60,179 nucleotides of DNA, taken from the NCBI RefSeq assembly GCF_006345805.1, contig NW_021832578.1:1-60179 (forward strand), written 5' to 3'. The translations under genes and the position numbers were made by a program. Source of the DNA: Octopus sinensis (lineage: Eukaryota). Shown here piece after piece: positions 39,556 through 51,194 of the stretch. The notes under the pieces are model-generated. The model was not told the origin of the DNA. It saw nothing but the letters and a program-made list of their open reading frames with translations, and did no database searches. The number at the start of each line of letters is the position of its first letter. Within the stretch, counting starts at the first letter, position 1.

Positions 39556-39744
39556 ATACTAAGCAATAAGGGTTTAGCAACGAATTGCCTTACCACATAC
39601 CGAATTTAGAAATAGCAGTCAAAGGGTTATAGCTATTTCTTCTACTAAAAAGGGAGATCTCAGTAAAAACAGCAATTGGAAGGCTGACACAAACAGGTAA
39701 GAGAGAATGAATTAACTGCAATCTATCAAACATTTTTAAAGTTA

Positions 39745-39851
39745 TCTACGGACGTACGTTTCGAAATCAAGTTTTTAGGAAAGCATAAGAATTAAATATT
39801 AAATATTAAATAATTCTATCTTACCGAAACTTCTTTTCTCTTCAGCGTAGA
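39745..39851 (-). ncRNA. Type I hammerhead ribozyme, copy 1
   Basis: Minus strand reads TCTACG-CTGAAGA-G...(72 nt)...C-GAAAC-GTAC-GTC-CGTAGA. Stem I is a perfect 6 bp, the CUGANGA/GAAA core is intact and the triplet is GUC. Predicted cut between 39751 and 39750. Confidence 0.85.
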
Positions 39852-40345
39852 ATACTATAATCATAAATGATTATATATTGAATTTTGAGATACTAGGAGG
39901 CACCAACTCAACTCAGTATCAGAGCGAGCTAGAATCCGCAACTAGTATCACCGAATTCAAATTTGTGAATGAAACGATTGTGTCAACAGCTCCTTCCCAC
40001 CCGCGTGTAGCCAAAACAAGATGCTGTGGTCATCTACTGAGATAAAATATGGTTATCCGTAATAATGAAGGGTGAAATTAATTAATTTGGAATAATTATC
40101 AATTACACCAAGTAGTCTTCGGCATGTAAAAGCCTCATTCGAGGAAAATTTAAGTAATACTAAGCAATAAGGGTTTAGCAACGAATTGCCTTACCACATA
40201 CCGAATTTAGAAATAGCAGTCAAAGGGTTATAGCTATTTCTTCTACTAAAAAGGGAGATCTCAGTAAAAACAGCAATTGGAAGGCTGACACAAACAGGTA
40301 AGAGAGAATGAATTAACTGCAATCTATCAAACATTTTTAAAGTTA

Positions 40346-40450
40346 TCTACGGACGTACGTTTCGAAATCAAGTTTTTAGGAAGCATAGAATTAAATATTA
40401 AATATTAAATAATTCTATCTTACCGAAACTTCTTTTCTCTTCAGCGTAGA
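40346..40450 (-). ncRNA. Type I hammerhead ribozyme, copy 2
   Basis: Same core as copy 1. Stem II pairs GAAA/TTTC, AAGTTT/AAACTT and ATAGAATTA/TAATTCTAT. Predicted cut between 40352 and 40351. Confidence 0.85.
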
Positions 40451-40848
40451 ATACTATAATCATAAATGATTATATATTGAATTTTGAGATACTAGGAGGC
40501 ACCAACTCAACTCAGTATCAGAGCGAGCTAGAATATATATATATATATATCTATATATATATATATTCAAACACTATAAAGTGAATGATAAATATGATAT
40601 AATAAGTAATATTGTATTTTAATATAGTAACTAATATTATAATATATTTATTATATTTATCCTTCATTTTATAATGGCAGAAAAAAGTATATATATAGAT
40701 ATATATAAAGAGAGCTTATATTAATTATATATATTATTTGTTATTTATGTATTGGTTTATATCTGTCCTTGTATGAGTTGCATAATAGTGGTTTTATCTC
40801 TAATTCATATTTTATACATACATACATATAAACATATATAACATTACA

Positions 40849-41092
40849 CCAGGACACGTCAAAACAGAAACTAACCACACAAAATTCAACAAGTCTTTGG
40901 ACAGATTCCTTCAAACAGTCCCGGACAAACCACCCACACCCGGACATGACTCCGCAAACAAAAACTCTCTGCTCGAATGGGCCTCGGTGCCCAAATCCTG
41001 AATTGAAAGACTTCGCCAGGTGGTGCTATTAAGTTAGACATGACCTGGGCCAATACTGGCCAAAACCTTTCTAAGTTATTCTAAGTTATATA
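40849..41092 (+). mobile_element. CR1-type LINE extreme 3' end
   Basis: FNKSLDRFLQTVPDKPPTPGHDSANKNSLLEW...* followed by a short UTR and a TTCTAAGTTA tandem tail. Confidence 0.7.
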
Positions 41093-42561
41093 TATGGGTA
41101 TGTGTTTGTCTGTGTTTGTACGTGCATGTTTCCACTTGATTGAAACCTTGTGAAATTAAATATATTCCTGGATGAGTGTTACGATTTGAGATGTTTCACG
41201 ATAGGTACATATGCACAAGTCAAATACTTCTGGAACATGAAATACCTCCTTAGAGAATTGAATAAATTCACACAAACTTCCACATATCAATTTTTTGTCA
41301 TAAGGAAACATACAGAAATGAAATACAGATTCAACTTTTTCTATTGCTTTACATTCCTCACGTGCAATTTCCCTTACATATTCGTATTAAATCTGAAATT
41401 TAATCTTGAATAATTCACTTAATTATTTCGGGAATTTGAAAAGCAAACGGAATAGAAATTAAAATACTCTCACCCAGAATTTAAATGAAATTATGATTGA
41501 TATTTACGAAAAGTATATTCGTTTATCAACGTGCAGCTGTTTATGTGGAAACACGAAGTTGCATTATTGGCCTTAGGCCACTGTGTGTAAGTGTTTGATA
41601 AGGTGCACTATGCATTAGTTGCAAAAATATGTATAGTCCTATACAAATAATTATGTTAGTTCACAAGCATTGCAAGATAAATATATTTAACATATATATA
41701 TATATTCACAAATTTTTAATTGATCTATATAAAGTTCATTGCAAATGTATATATATATATATATAACTGTTATTTGTGAATATTTATATATACAACAATT
41801 ATTTATGTATATTTGAAAATATGGAGACACATGCACAAAAATAGTATTTGCACGAGAACAGGTGAGTGCAAATATCTTCTGGTGACGGTGTAAAGCGAAT
41901 GAAAACATTTATCAGCAAAATTCCAGACACTAATATTTATTTATCTTTATGAGTGAAGCACTTTTTTTTTAAGATAGCTACACTCTCTCGTACCCTCTTC
42001 TTTTTCTCTTACATTCACTTTCGTTATATCAATTTTCTACCATCCATTGAGAGTTTTAACTCAATAATTGCATTATATATTAATTTATCTACTTTGATTT
42101 TTGAAGTTAGCTGAATACATAAAATTTTTCATGCTGTCAGATATTTTAAATGCAAATGCTTTAAGCAACATATAGTTATATACATGTACGTATGTATATA
42201 GGTACGTACGTGACATGAGAATTGACAACAACGGGAACATCGAAGGATTCAGGTGTTATTTTAGATATTTCTTTCTCCTAGGTACATTACCGACGAAGGT
42301 TAAACAGTTTCTACATGCACAGGAGGTAGGCTATTCAGTGCTAGACATAAAAGCAGCACCCAAAAGCTACACAGTGTGATGAGATATCATTCCGGCGTGC
42401 GGCGCGGAGCACCTCATAAATAGTGAAAAACGGTATAAGATACGAAAATTGAATACTATAATTAAAGTTATATTGTATATGATACGTTAAGATTTTAAAA
42501 TATGAAAATATATATATATATATATGTTATTCTGTTATTCCTTTATTTGTTTTTTGTGTGT

Positions 42562-42771
42562 GGCCATGCTGGAACATCGCATTTAGTCGAACAAATCCAC
42601 CCCGGGATTTAATCTTTGAAAGCTAGTACTTATTATATCGCTGTCTCTTGGCGAACCACTAAGTTACGGGAGCGTAAACACACCACCATCTGTTGTCAAG
42701 CGATGTTGGTGGGACAAACGCAGACACACGAACGCACACACATACACATACATATACATTCACACATACAA

Positions 42772-42790
<19 letters not shown>
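42562..42790 (-). mobile_element. SINE family A, 3' half, inverted
   Basis: GGCCATGCTGGAACATCGC...GGCGAACCACTAAGTTACGGG...GGGACAAACGCAGACAC is the reverse complement of the family A 3' half. Confidence 0.85.
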
Positions 42791-42823
<33 letters not shown>

Positions 42824-42826
<3 letters not shown>

Positions 42827-43217
42827 TGCAGGGGTGGATGTGTGGTAAGTAGTTTTTTTTACCAACCACATGGTTCCGGGTTCAGTCCCACTGCGTGGCA
42901 TCTTGGGCATGTGTCTTCTGCTATAGCCTCGGACCAACCAAAGCCTTGTTAGTGGAGTTGGTAGACGGAAATTGAAAGAGGCCCGTCGCATATATGTATA
43001 TATATATAAGTGTGTGTGTATATGTTTGTGTGTCTGTGTTTGTCCCCCTACCATTGCTTCACAACCGATGATGGTGTGTTTATGGCCCCGCTACTTAGCG
43101 GTTCGGCAAAAAGAGACCGATAGAATAAGTACTGGGCTTAAAAAATAAGTCGAGTTGTTCGATTAAAGACGGTGCTCCAGCATGGCCGCAGTAAAATGAC
43201 TGAAACAAGTAAAAAAG
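42824..43217 (+). mobile_element. SINE family A, full length
   Basis: GGTGCAGGGGTGGATGTGTGGTAAG...GGTGCTCCAGCATGGCCGCAG...AAACAAGTAAAAAAG. Confidence 0.9.
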
Positions 43218-43306
<89 letters not shown>

Positions 43307-43494
43307 ATATATAATATATATAACCATGCATATGCAATTCGTCAGGCAAACGTTGGGGAAAAGCATGAACAACACCTGGCGCTGATTACGAAGGAATGGT
43401 CTGACAGATTGCTCTGAGGTATTGATATACAGAGCTTTCGAAAATATTTTAGGATTGCTTACACCATGTTCTAAACATTTTTGCGTATTGACTC

Positions 43495-44430
43495 ACACAT
43501 TGTAGGATGTATAATAACAAAAATTAAATTGACTGACACATTGTAAATCGGTGTAGGAAATTGATTCTAAAGAACGCAAAAGAACGTATCATGACGTAAG
43601 TATGTATGTGTATTGGGGAGGCGCAATGGCCCAGTGGTTAGGGCAGCGGTCTCGGGGTCATAAGATCGCGGTTTCGATTCCCAGACCGGGCGTTGTGAGT
43701 GTTTATTGAGCGAAAACACCTAAAAAAAGTTCCACGAGGCTCCGGCAGGGGCTGGTGGTGAACCCTGCTGTACTCTTTCACCACAACTTTCTCTCACTCT
43801 TACTTCCTGTTTATGTTGTACCTGTGTTTCAAGGGGCCCGCCTTGTCACTCTCTGTGTCACGCTGAATATCCCCGAGAACTACGTTAAGGGTGCATGTGT
43901 CTGTGGAGTGCTCAGCAACTTACACGTTAATTTCACGAGCAGGCTGTTCCGTTGATTCGGATCAACCGGAACCCTCATCGTCGTAACCGACGGAGTGCTT
44001 CCATCCATGTGTATTGGATGTTGTGTGATATGTACGATCGTAAATTAACTTTGAATCTGTGCCAGTAGACACCAGCAAGTGATACAGTGAATAAGGATTA
44101 TAAGATCTCCTGGGATTTCAGAATCCGGTGTGATTCAGCGTTACATGTTCGGAGACAAGAGTGAACGAAACTATGATTATAGATATTGCCATACGTGGCG
44201 ATGTGCGAATAGACGATCAAGAACTGGAACAGTTTGAACCGTCTAACCATTATAGGATGAGATTATATGATAGTGGGCACGAAGAAAATCATGCGAGCAG
44301 CTTTGGGGTTGGGCTTGGAGCATTGACAAGGTGGCTGAGAAATCGTTTGGACACTTTTGGATCGGCATGGAGGAAGACAATACCCAGGATACTGTTTCAT
44401 GGAGGACAGAGACGAATTTGTGACTGGTGC
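43495..44430 (+). mobile_element. Decayed R4/Dong-type LINE 3' end, interrupted by a family C SINE
   Basis: CRM...KERKRTYHDVSMYVYW | LCDMY...DYKISWDFRIRCD...IIDIAIRGDVRIDDQE...VGLGAL (Zn knuckle, RHD..W motif and RLE domain). Confidence 0.75.
43617..44006 (+). mobile_element. SINE family C, full length, with 11-bp target-site duplication
   Basis: ATGTGTATTGG at 43606-43616 and 44007-44017, plus a tRNA-like head with A/B boxes. Confidence 0.92.
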
Positions 44431-44479
44431 ATGGATGATAATTATAACGGAACATGTGAGACCATTCAAAACTCGTTCA

Positions 44480-44670
44480 CTATTAGGGAAGTAAGTCGGA
44501 ACTTACGTGGCTATGCGATAAGAAGCTTGCTTCCTAAGGCAATGACTCCGGGTTCAGTCCGACTGTGTGATACCTTGGAGAAGTGCCTTACACTATTGTC
44601 CCGGGCCGATGAAGACTTGTGAATTCAGCAGACGGAAAGTGAAATATGTTTGTCATATATATACATATAC

Positions 44671-44728
<58 letters not shown>

Positions 44729-44975
44729 GTGGTGTGTGTGTGTGTGTTGTGTATGTATGTGTATTCATGTATATGTGTGTGCATATCTCTCACCCCCGGT
44801 TGATAACCGGTGTTGGTATATTTATTTCCCCGTAACATATCGGTCGGCTTAAGATACGGCATAAATATTACGCTTAAAGAAATTAAACTTGGTATCGATT
44901 TGTTCGATTTAAAACCCTTTAAGGTGGTGCCCCAGCATGGCTGCAGTGAAGCGACTGAAACAGTTAAAAGAATAA
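44480..44975 (+). mobile_element. Diverged SINE family A with expanded internal microsatellite
   Basis: Head GTGGCTATGCGATAAGAAGCTTGCTTCC and tail GGTGGTGCCCCAGCATGGCTGCAG...GACTGAAACAG. Confidence 0.75.
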
Positions 44976-45716
44976 ACAGAAATAACCGTAGTCAGTTCAA
45001 TCCAAATCTCTCAGAAGAGATTTCGATTATTACTAATAATTGCTTTTTACGATAATGTGGAAGATGGCAATGAGGATGAGGAGGTGTAGGGTGTAGAAGA
45101 GGGAGAATTTCAGGAGTTGGAGAAGGTTGTAGATAAAAATTAGAATAAATGTGGGAGACGGTAGTGAGTATATGCAGAATTATCAGTGAAAACATAGCAA
45201 GAGTAAGAAATATAATAATCTACAAAATTATGATTAAATGATGTGAAATATAAAATTGATAGTAAAATATTGTACTGTCCTTGCAATATTATTGTCATAA
45301 TTCAAAGCACGAATTCGTGCAAATTTAGGCAATTTTATTTAACTACTTTTTTTTTACTTCCATTTCGTTTACAATTTTACTTTTACAACACTAATGTTAC
45401 CAGATAATATTGTTCATTAATTTTTTTCGAAAATGTTTAATATGGCTCCATGATATATATAAAAATCGATTGCTCTTTAATAGTCTGCAAGTCAAAGTAA
45501 ATGATAGAACGAGAACAGTTTCATTAAGAATATTGTGCTCTAACCACGTAATTTGCTCCTGCACTCAACACGGTGAATGCAAAACAGAATGAAATTTCTA
45601 TGTGAAGTCTTGTGTGTGTGGTATATTCTGCAATAGCCTTGGGTGGATCAAAGATTTACGAGAGTAGGTGGTAGATGGAAACTAAAAAAGTCCCGTCTTG
45701 TATACATATATACATT

Positions 45717-45805
<89 letters not shown>

Positions 45806-45946
45806 TATGTATGTACATGTCAACTTTGCATTTCCTCGTTTCGGCAATGACGATTTTTCTTTCCATAAGGCTGTCGAGAGAAAGGATACTCAACTGTTCA
45901 AGTATTTCAATTTCTGACGCCCATTTTATATATATATATACATGTA

Positions 45947-46094
<148 letters not shown>

Positions 46095-46206
46095 GCAATA
46101 AAGATTCAAGTTAATTTAAATGAATTTACTTGAATATGGTACCTAACTTAGATGCACCAAAAAAACTATACGGTTTTAACAATACAGTAATGTGGGGTGA
46201 TTATAA

Positions 46207-47278
46207 GCGAGAAAGAAGCAACAGGAATGGATAGGTTTTTAGTACAATCGTTTCATACAAGGACAGGCTTTATTAAAAGTTGCAAAAATTGCAGCATATA
46301 AACGTGTCCCGTACTCATCAGCTAAAATACATGTGAGTTCTCTAGACATCCTAGTGGTTGAGGCTATACTCATGAAGTAATGTAGATAATTAAGTAACAT
46401 AAACAGATTTCCAAAGTTCATTAAAGTTCTTTAAAGATGATGTACATAGGCGTAGGAGTGGCTGTGTGGTAAGTAGCTTGTTTACCAACCACATGGTTCC
46501 GGGTTCAGTGGCGCCTTGGGCAAGTGTCTTCTACTATAGCCTCGGGCCGACCAAAGCCTTGTGAGTGGATTTGGTAGACGGAAACTGAAAGAAGCCCGTC
46601 GTATATATGTATATATATATATATGTGTGTATGTGTTTGTGTGTCTGTGTTTGTCCCCCTAGCATTGCTTGACAACCGATGCTGGTGTGTTTATGTCCCC
46701 GTCACTTAGCGGTTCGGCAAAAGAGACCGATAGAATAAGTACTGGGCTTACAAAAGAATAAGTCCAGGGGTTAAAAAAGGCGGTGCTCCAGCATGGCCGC
46801 AGTCAAATGACTGAAACAAGTAAAAGAGTAAAAGATAGAGAGAGTCTTATCACAGAATTTTAAAAAGTTTTAATAGCATCACAGAGAAGGTGACTTACTC
46901 CATAGTGTACATATGAATTTCCAGGGATATGAGTATGTAATCCCTCCTCATATCCCTGGAAATTCATATGTACACTATGGATTAAGTCACCTTCTCTGTG
47001 ATGCTATTAAAACTTTTTTAAAAATTCTGTGATAAGACTGTACATCATCTTTAAAGAACTTTAATGAACTTTGGAAATCTGTTTATGTTACTTAATTATC
47101 TACATTACTTCATGAGTATAGCCTCAACCACTAGGATGTCTAGAGAACTCACATGTATTTTAGCTGATGAGTACGGGACACGTTTATATGCTGCAATTTT
47201 TGCAACTTTTAATAAAGCCTGTCCTTGTATGAAACGATTGTACTAAAAACCTATCTATTCTTGTTGCTTCTTTCTCGC
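46207..47278. mobile_element. Foldback element with ~331-bp near-perfect arms and 13-nt spacer; left arm split by a SINE
   Basis: 46207-46446 plus 46843-46933 is the reverse complement of 46947-47278. The spacer is TATGTAATCCCTC at 46934-46946. Confidence 0.9.
46447..46842 (+). mobile_element. SINE family A inserted in the foldback arm
   Basis: Full family A head and tail; absent from the intact right arm. Confidence 0.92.
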
Positions 47279-47279
47279 G

Positions 47280-47313
<34 letters not shown>

Positions 47314-50009
47314 ATATATTATATATATATATATATATAATATATATATATATATTATATATATAGGGAAGAGAGATAGAGAGATGTTTCTGTGGGCTTG
47401 GAGGTCCGAAATAGTTATTGTAATTGATAATACTAGTCTTCCTCACCAGGGAAGAGTTTTACATCTAAAGTTTTGACAGAAAGGAGATAAAAGTCATATA
47501 TACGACTGACACTTGTATGACCTGTGAATATATTTGTATATAGTATTGTTATTCTACTATATTTTAAACTTACTTCTTATGTGAACTAATGTGTGGATTA
47601 ACTAACATTTGTTGAGACAATGCAATAGCGAACTGTGATAATGATATTCAGTATTCTTAGTAAACGACCCTACAATTGACAGAGATTTTGGAGACTTTAG
47701 TTATCATTTTTGTGATGCATAATGAAAGACATTAACATACATATCTCCACTCTTAAAGTATATATTGGTAAATTGTTTTTCCTACTTATTTGTGAGAATG
47801 TAGAAATTTCCAGGCGTGTCTGTTAATGCCAATATTTATATCATTTTTTATATGATTTATTTTTCCATTTCTGCTACTGTATTTATTGATCTATTATATT
47901 AGAGATAGTATCACAAAAATGTACAATACCCAAGACGAATGAATTTGCTCTAAGTTTAAGTGTTATTGTTTATTTCATTGAACCAATTAACGACAGATTT
48001 CGTACTGATATACCATTGAAATTTGTTTGCTTATCAACATTATTTACGATGTCTGTACTAATCACATCTATGAATCTTTTTTCAGGATCTATAATATACA
48101 TTCAGTGTTAAAGGTGAAAATACCTCTTTGGTCAGTTAGTGTAAAGTACGTTTCACTTTCACATAAAACTACAGAACGTGAGCTATAATATTTACCTTCC
48201 GAATATTTTATGTAATAAAATATTTTAAGAGTGTTGTGCTATTCGAAAAAGTTAAATGTTACTTCAGAAGGGAATATTTTGTCACATAAAGCAATGTTTG
48301 GACAGGAAGGAATTGCGTTTCTTTACGTCGGTTTAATGTGTGTATCAGTAATTAGTCGAGTAATTCAGAGATGTCATGTCATTGTTCATAACAGATGAAA
48401 GAATTACCTTGTATTTGGGTTTATTACTACAGAATGAGAAATGCGATATATATATATATATATATATATATTGTAAATGGTAAATTTGAAGGTTGACGTA
48501 CCAATTTGAGAATCATTGATAATTATTATGCTTGATGATATGGAGAGCGTCAGATTATTAAATTAACATGTATTTTGTAGAGGAAAACACAAGAGTATTC
48601 GTAGTTCAGCATCTTATATTTTATGAGGCTATGTTTAAGTTCGAAATATACTGATCCTGGAACACATTACGTGACAATATGTACGATGAAACGTAATGAT
48701 ATACAGCATGGAATAAAAACAGTGCCAATCTTGTAGATTCTAAGCTTAACAACTCGCTATATGAAATTCAACTTCATGTGTATCTATGTAATTTCAAGTA
48801 ATTTATTTACTATATATGATGTACAGCTATTAACTGAAACTTATTTAACTTGCAGATTTATATTTCTTGGAAAAAAGGAATTGTTTACTGCAGAATACAT
48901 TTCAGAAATGAACTTCTTATCCATAAGCTGCACCTGCGCAATGAATTATAGAAAACATATCCCCTCTTGACTGAATTCAGGTTTTTCATCCACAGTCTAC
49001 CTTACCATGTAATATTTAATAAGAGTGAAACTGTAAATGATTTTTTTAAAAGCTGGCAGATAAGGAACCCGTGTGTACATTCATACATGGACTCATCAAA
49101 TGAAGTCCATATTCTTAGTTCCATTTATAAAGATATTTTATGTAAATATCAAAAATGTTTTTGTATATAAGTTCTTCACAGAATGGTTATTTACAGAAAG
49201 ACAATCCAATACCTGCACACCATCTTTGAAATCACGAACAAATATGCCATACATATATCAACCCCATCCATTGCTGGCAACACGTAAATGTCTATCGTTG
49301 TACACATAGCATGATGCCTTAAGTACTCGTGTTTATTAAACTACGGAACTTTTGATAGCAAGATCGTCTCGTTTACTATAAATGCTATAATACTAATGCA
49401 AAGTATAATTAAATCCAGCTTCTGCATAGAATTTTATATGCGCGTTAATATTCAGATATCCCATCAGCATAATAGGTTAGCTTAACAGCTGACAATTTTG
49501 CGAACGACCGAGACCCTTAAATATTTTTGTTATACATAAACATGGCAGGAATTACACATTGAATAAAAGTGTGAATTGTATAATACCTTTAATATAAATT
49601 TATGAGTTAGTTTATACGATATGAATTTCAATGAAACTGTTTCACTACCCGAGGCTTGATTAATGTACAATGATCTTTAATTGATCTTTGCCACAACTAA
49701 TCAATTCACAATCTAACAGTTTCCTCCATCTTGAATTGAACAATTCCTAATAAGAGTATTCCGAAAATTTCATTCTCAGGAAAATTGCATCTGAATAGTA
49801 CCAAATAGCTTTACTTCATTTAAAGACAATAGATAAAGTTTTTAATTAGTCCGTTATGTAAAGGAGATAAATTTATATGGACATTTCAGATTATTGATGT
49901 CCATGCTTAAGTACAATCAATGCTTGCCTTTACCATCCGAAACCAGACTGCATAAGGATTTCAATAATGAAATACATGTTAACATATATTTCGTATCACT
50001 ATTCTGATG

Positions 50010-50479
50010 TTTAGTTCAATGGAACCCCTATCTTGCACAGAACATTGACCTCCTGGAATCTGTCCAGAGACGTGCAACCAAACGCATACCCTCCATCAGA
50101 CACCTACCATATTCTGAGCGCCTTGTTTCCCTGGGCATGGATTCACTGAAGCTCCGGCGTTTGGCGACGGACTTGGTAAACACCCACAAAGTTATCAACC
50201 ACCTCACCAACAACAACACTGAACACCTTTTTGATCTCCATGTGTCTAACACACGTGGACATGCCTACAAAGTCAGAAAACAATACAGCTCCCATGACTT
50301 TCGGAAACATTTTTTCACGCTCAGAGTTGCTGAAGCATGGAATAAACTGCCTGCGTCAGTTGTTGACTGCCATGACACTGCATCTTTTAAGGCCCTCATG
50401 CTTTCCGAAATCCGCCGAAACTACACCTGATTATATATACACTTTAGATGAGTTGTAGTGCACCTGAGCACTGTACACA

Positions 50480-50535
<56 letters not shown>
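50010..50535 (+). mobile_element. CR1-clade LINE, 5'-truncated 3' end with (TTA)n tail
   Basis: WNPYLAQNIDLLESVQRRATKRIP...YSERL..LGMDSLKLRR...TRGHAYKV...RKHFFTLRVAEAWNKLP. The frame is open to the stop at 50430. Confidence 0.92.
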
Positions 50536-50745
50536 GTCATTGGTGTTTCAAGAAATCTAAAATTCCAAGCCTTTCATTACGTGAAGGTTTAGCTTACCTA
50601 GAATGTTACAAATCCAGAGGGCAATTTTATCTCTAATATGCATTAATCTTGTAATTTGGTCGTGTCGTAGAATGAATGATAATTCTGTTGTATTAATAAC
50701 AGCTCAAACATAAATATCTCTTTCAAATCAGACAAAATGTGGTTA

Positions 50746-51050
50746 TATACGGACAACTGCTTCGAAACATCCAGCTTCTATATCAAGACAATGAATTCAT
50801 ATGTATACCAATAATTACTGGAGCACTAGGTTTTGTTAGTAAATGTTTAAAGGGGAACTTGGATAAACTCTGATTTTCAGAAAGGGAAATCGACCGGCTA
50901 ATTCGTACATTACAAGTGCAATCTGAGAGTAGAGCAGTAAAAATGTGCACGGCTTTTCTCAAGTTCCAAATGTCAGTTTGTCTGTTATAAATACATCTGA
51001 AAAATGGAGTCTTGTATGTTTGTTGGAAACCGGATCCCTCCTCAGTGAAA
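50746..51050 (-). other. Repeat bounded by two halves of a degenerate hammerhead-like core
   Basis: Minus strand has CTGAGGA-G at 51045-51038 and C-GAAGC-AGTT-GTC-CGTATA at 50764-50746. The context resembles the 39.7-kb ribozyme (GTTAT.TACGGAC...TTCGAAA). Confidence 0.3.
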
Positions 51051-51057
51051 GATTTAT

Positions 51058-51194
<137 letters not shown>

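Larger units (their letters stand above)
39556..40534 (-). mobile_element. 601-nt-period partial tandem repeat (~1.6 units) with two hammerhead ribozymes; candidate non-autonomous retrozyme/Penelope-type element
   Basis: 39556-39935 is repeated at 40157-40534; the only differences I found are two 1-nt indels. It is flanked by (TA)n on both sides, and the supplied ORF track lists no ORF inside it. Confidence 0.8.

Noticed and set aside
44161-44622. 153-aa ORF as a host gene
   Set aside because: It starts at a non-ATG codon, its N-terminal part is decayed LINE RLE sequence, and its C-terminal part reads through an old SINE.
45045-45190. Acidic, purine-rich stretch (DNVEDGNEDEEV*)
   Set aside because: It has in-frame stops and no family motif. 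It is possibly a transposon remnant but is unassignable.
47164-47190. CTGATGAG...GACACGT as a hammerhead
   Set aside because: It has GACAC instead of GAAAC, no C11.1 and no stem I pairing.
46239-47246. Two identical 60-aa ORFs on opposite strands (MNFGNLF...)
   Set aside because: They result from the foldback arms. There is no recognisable domain or coding signal.
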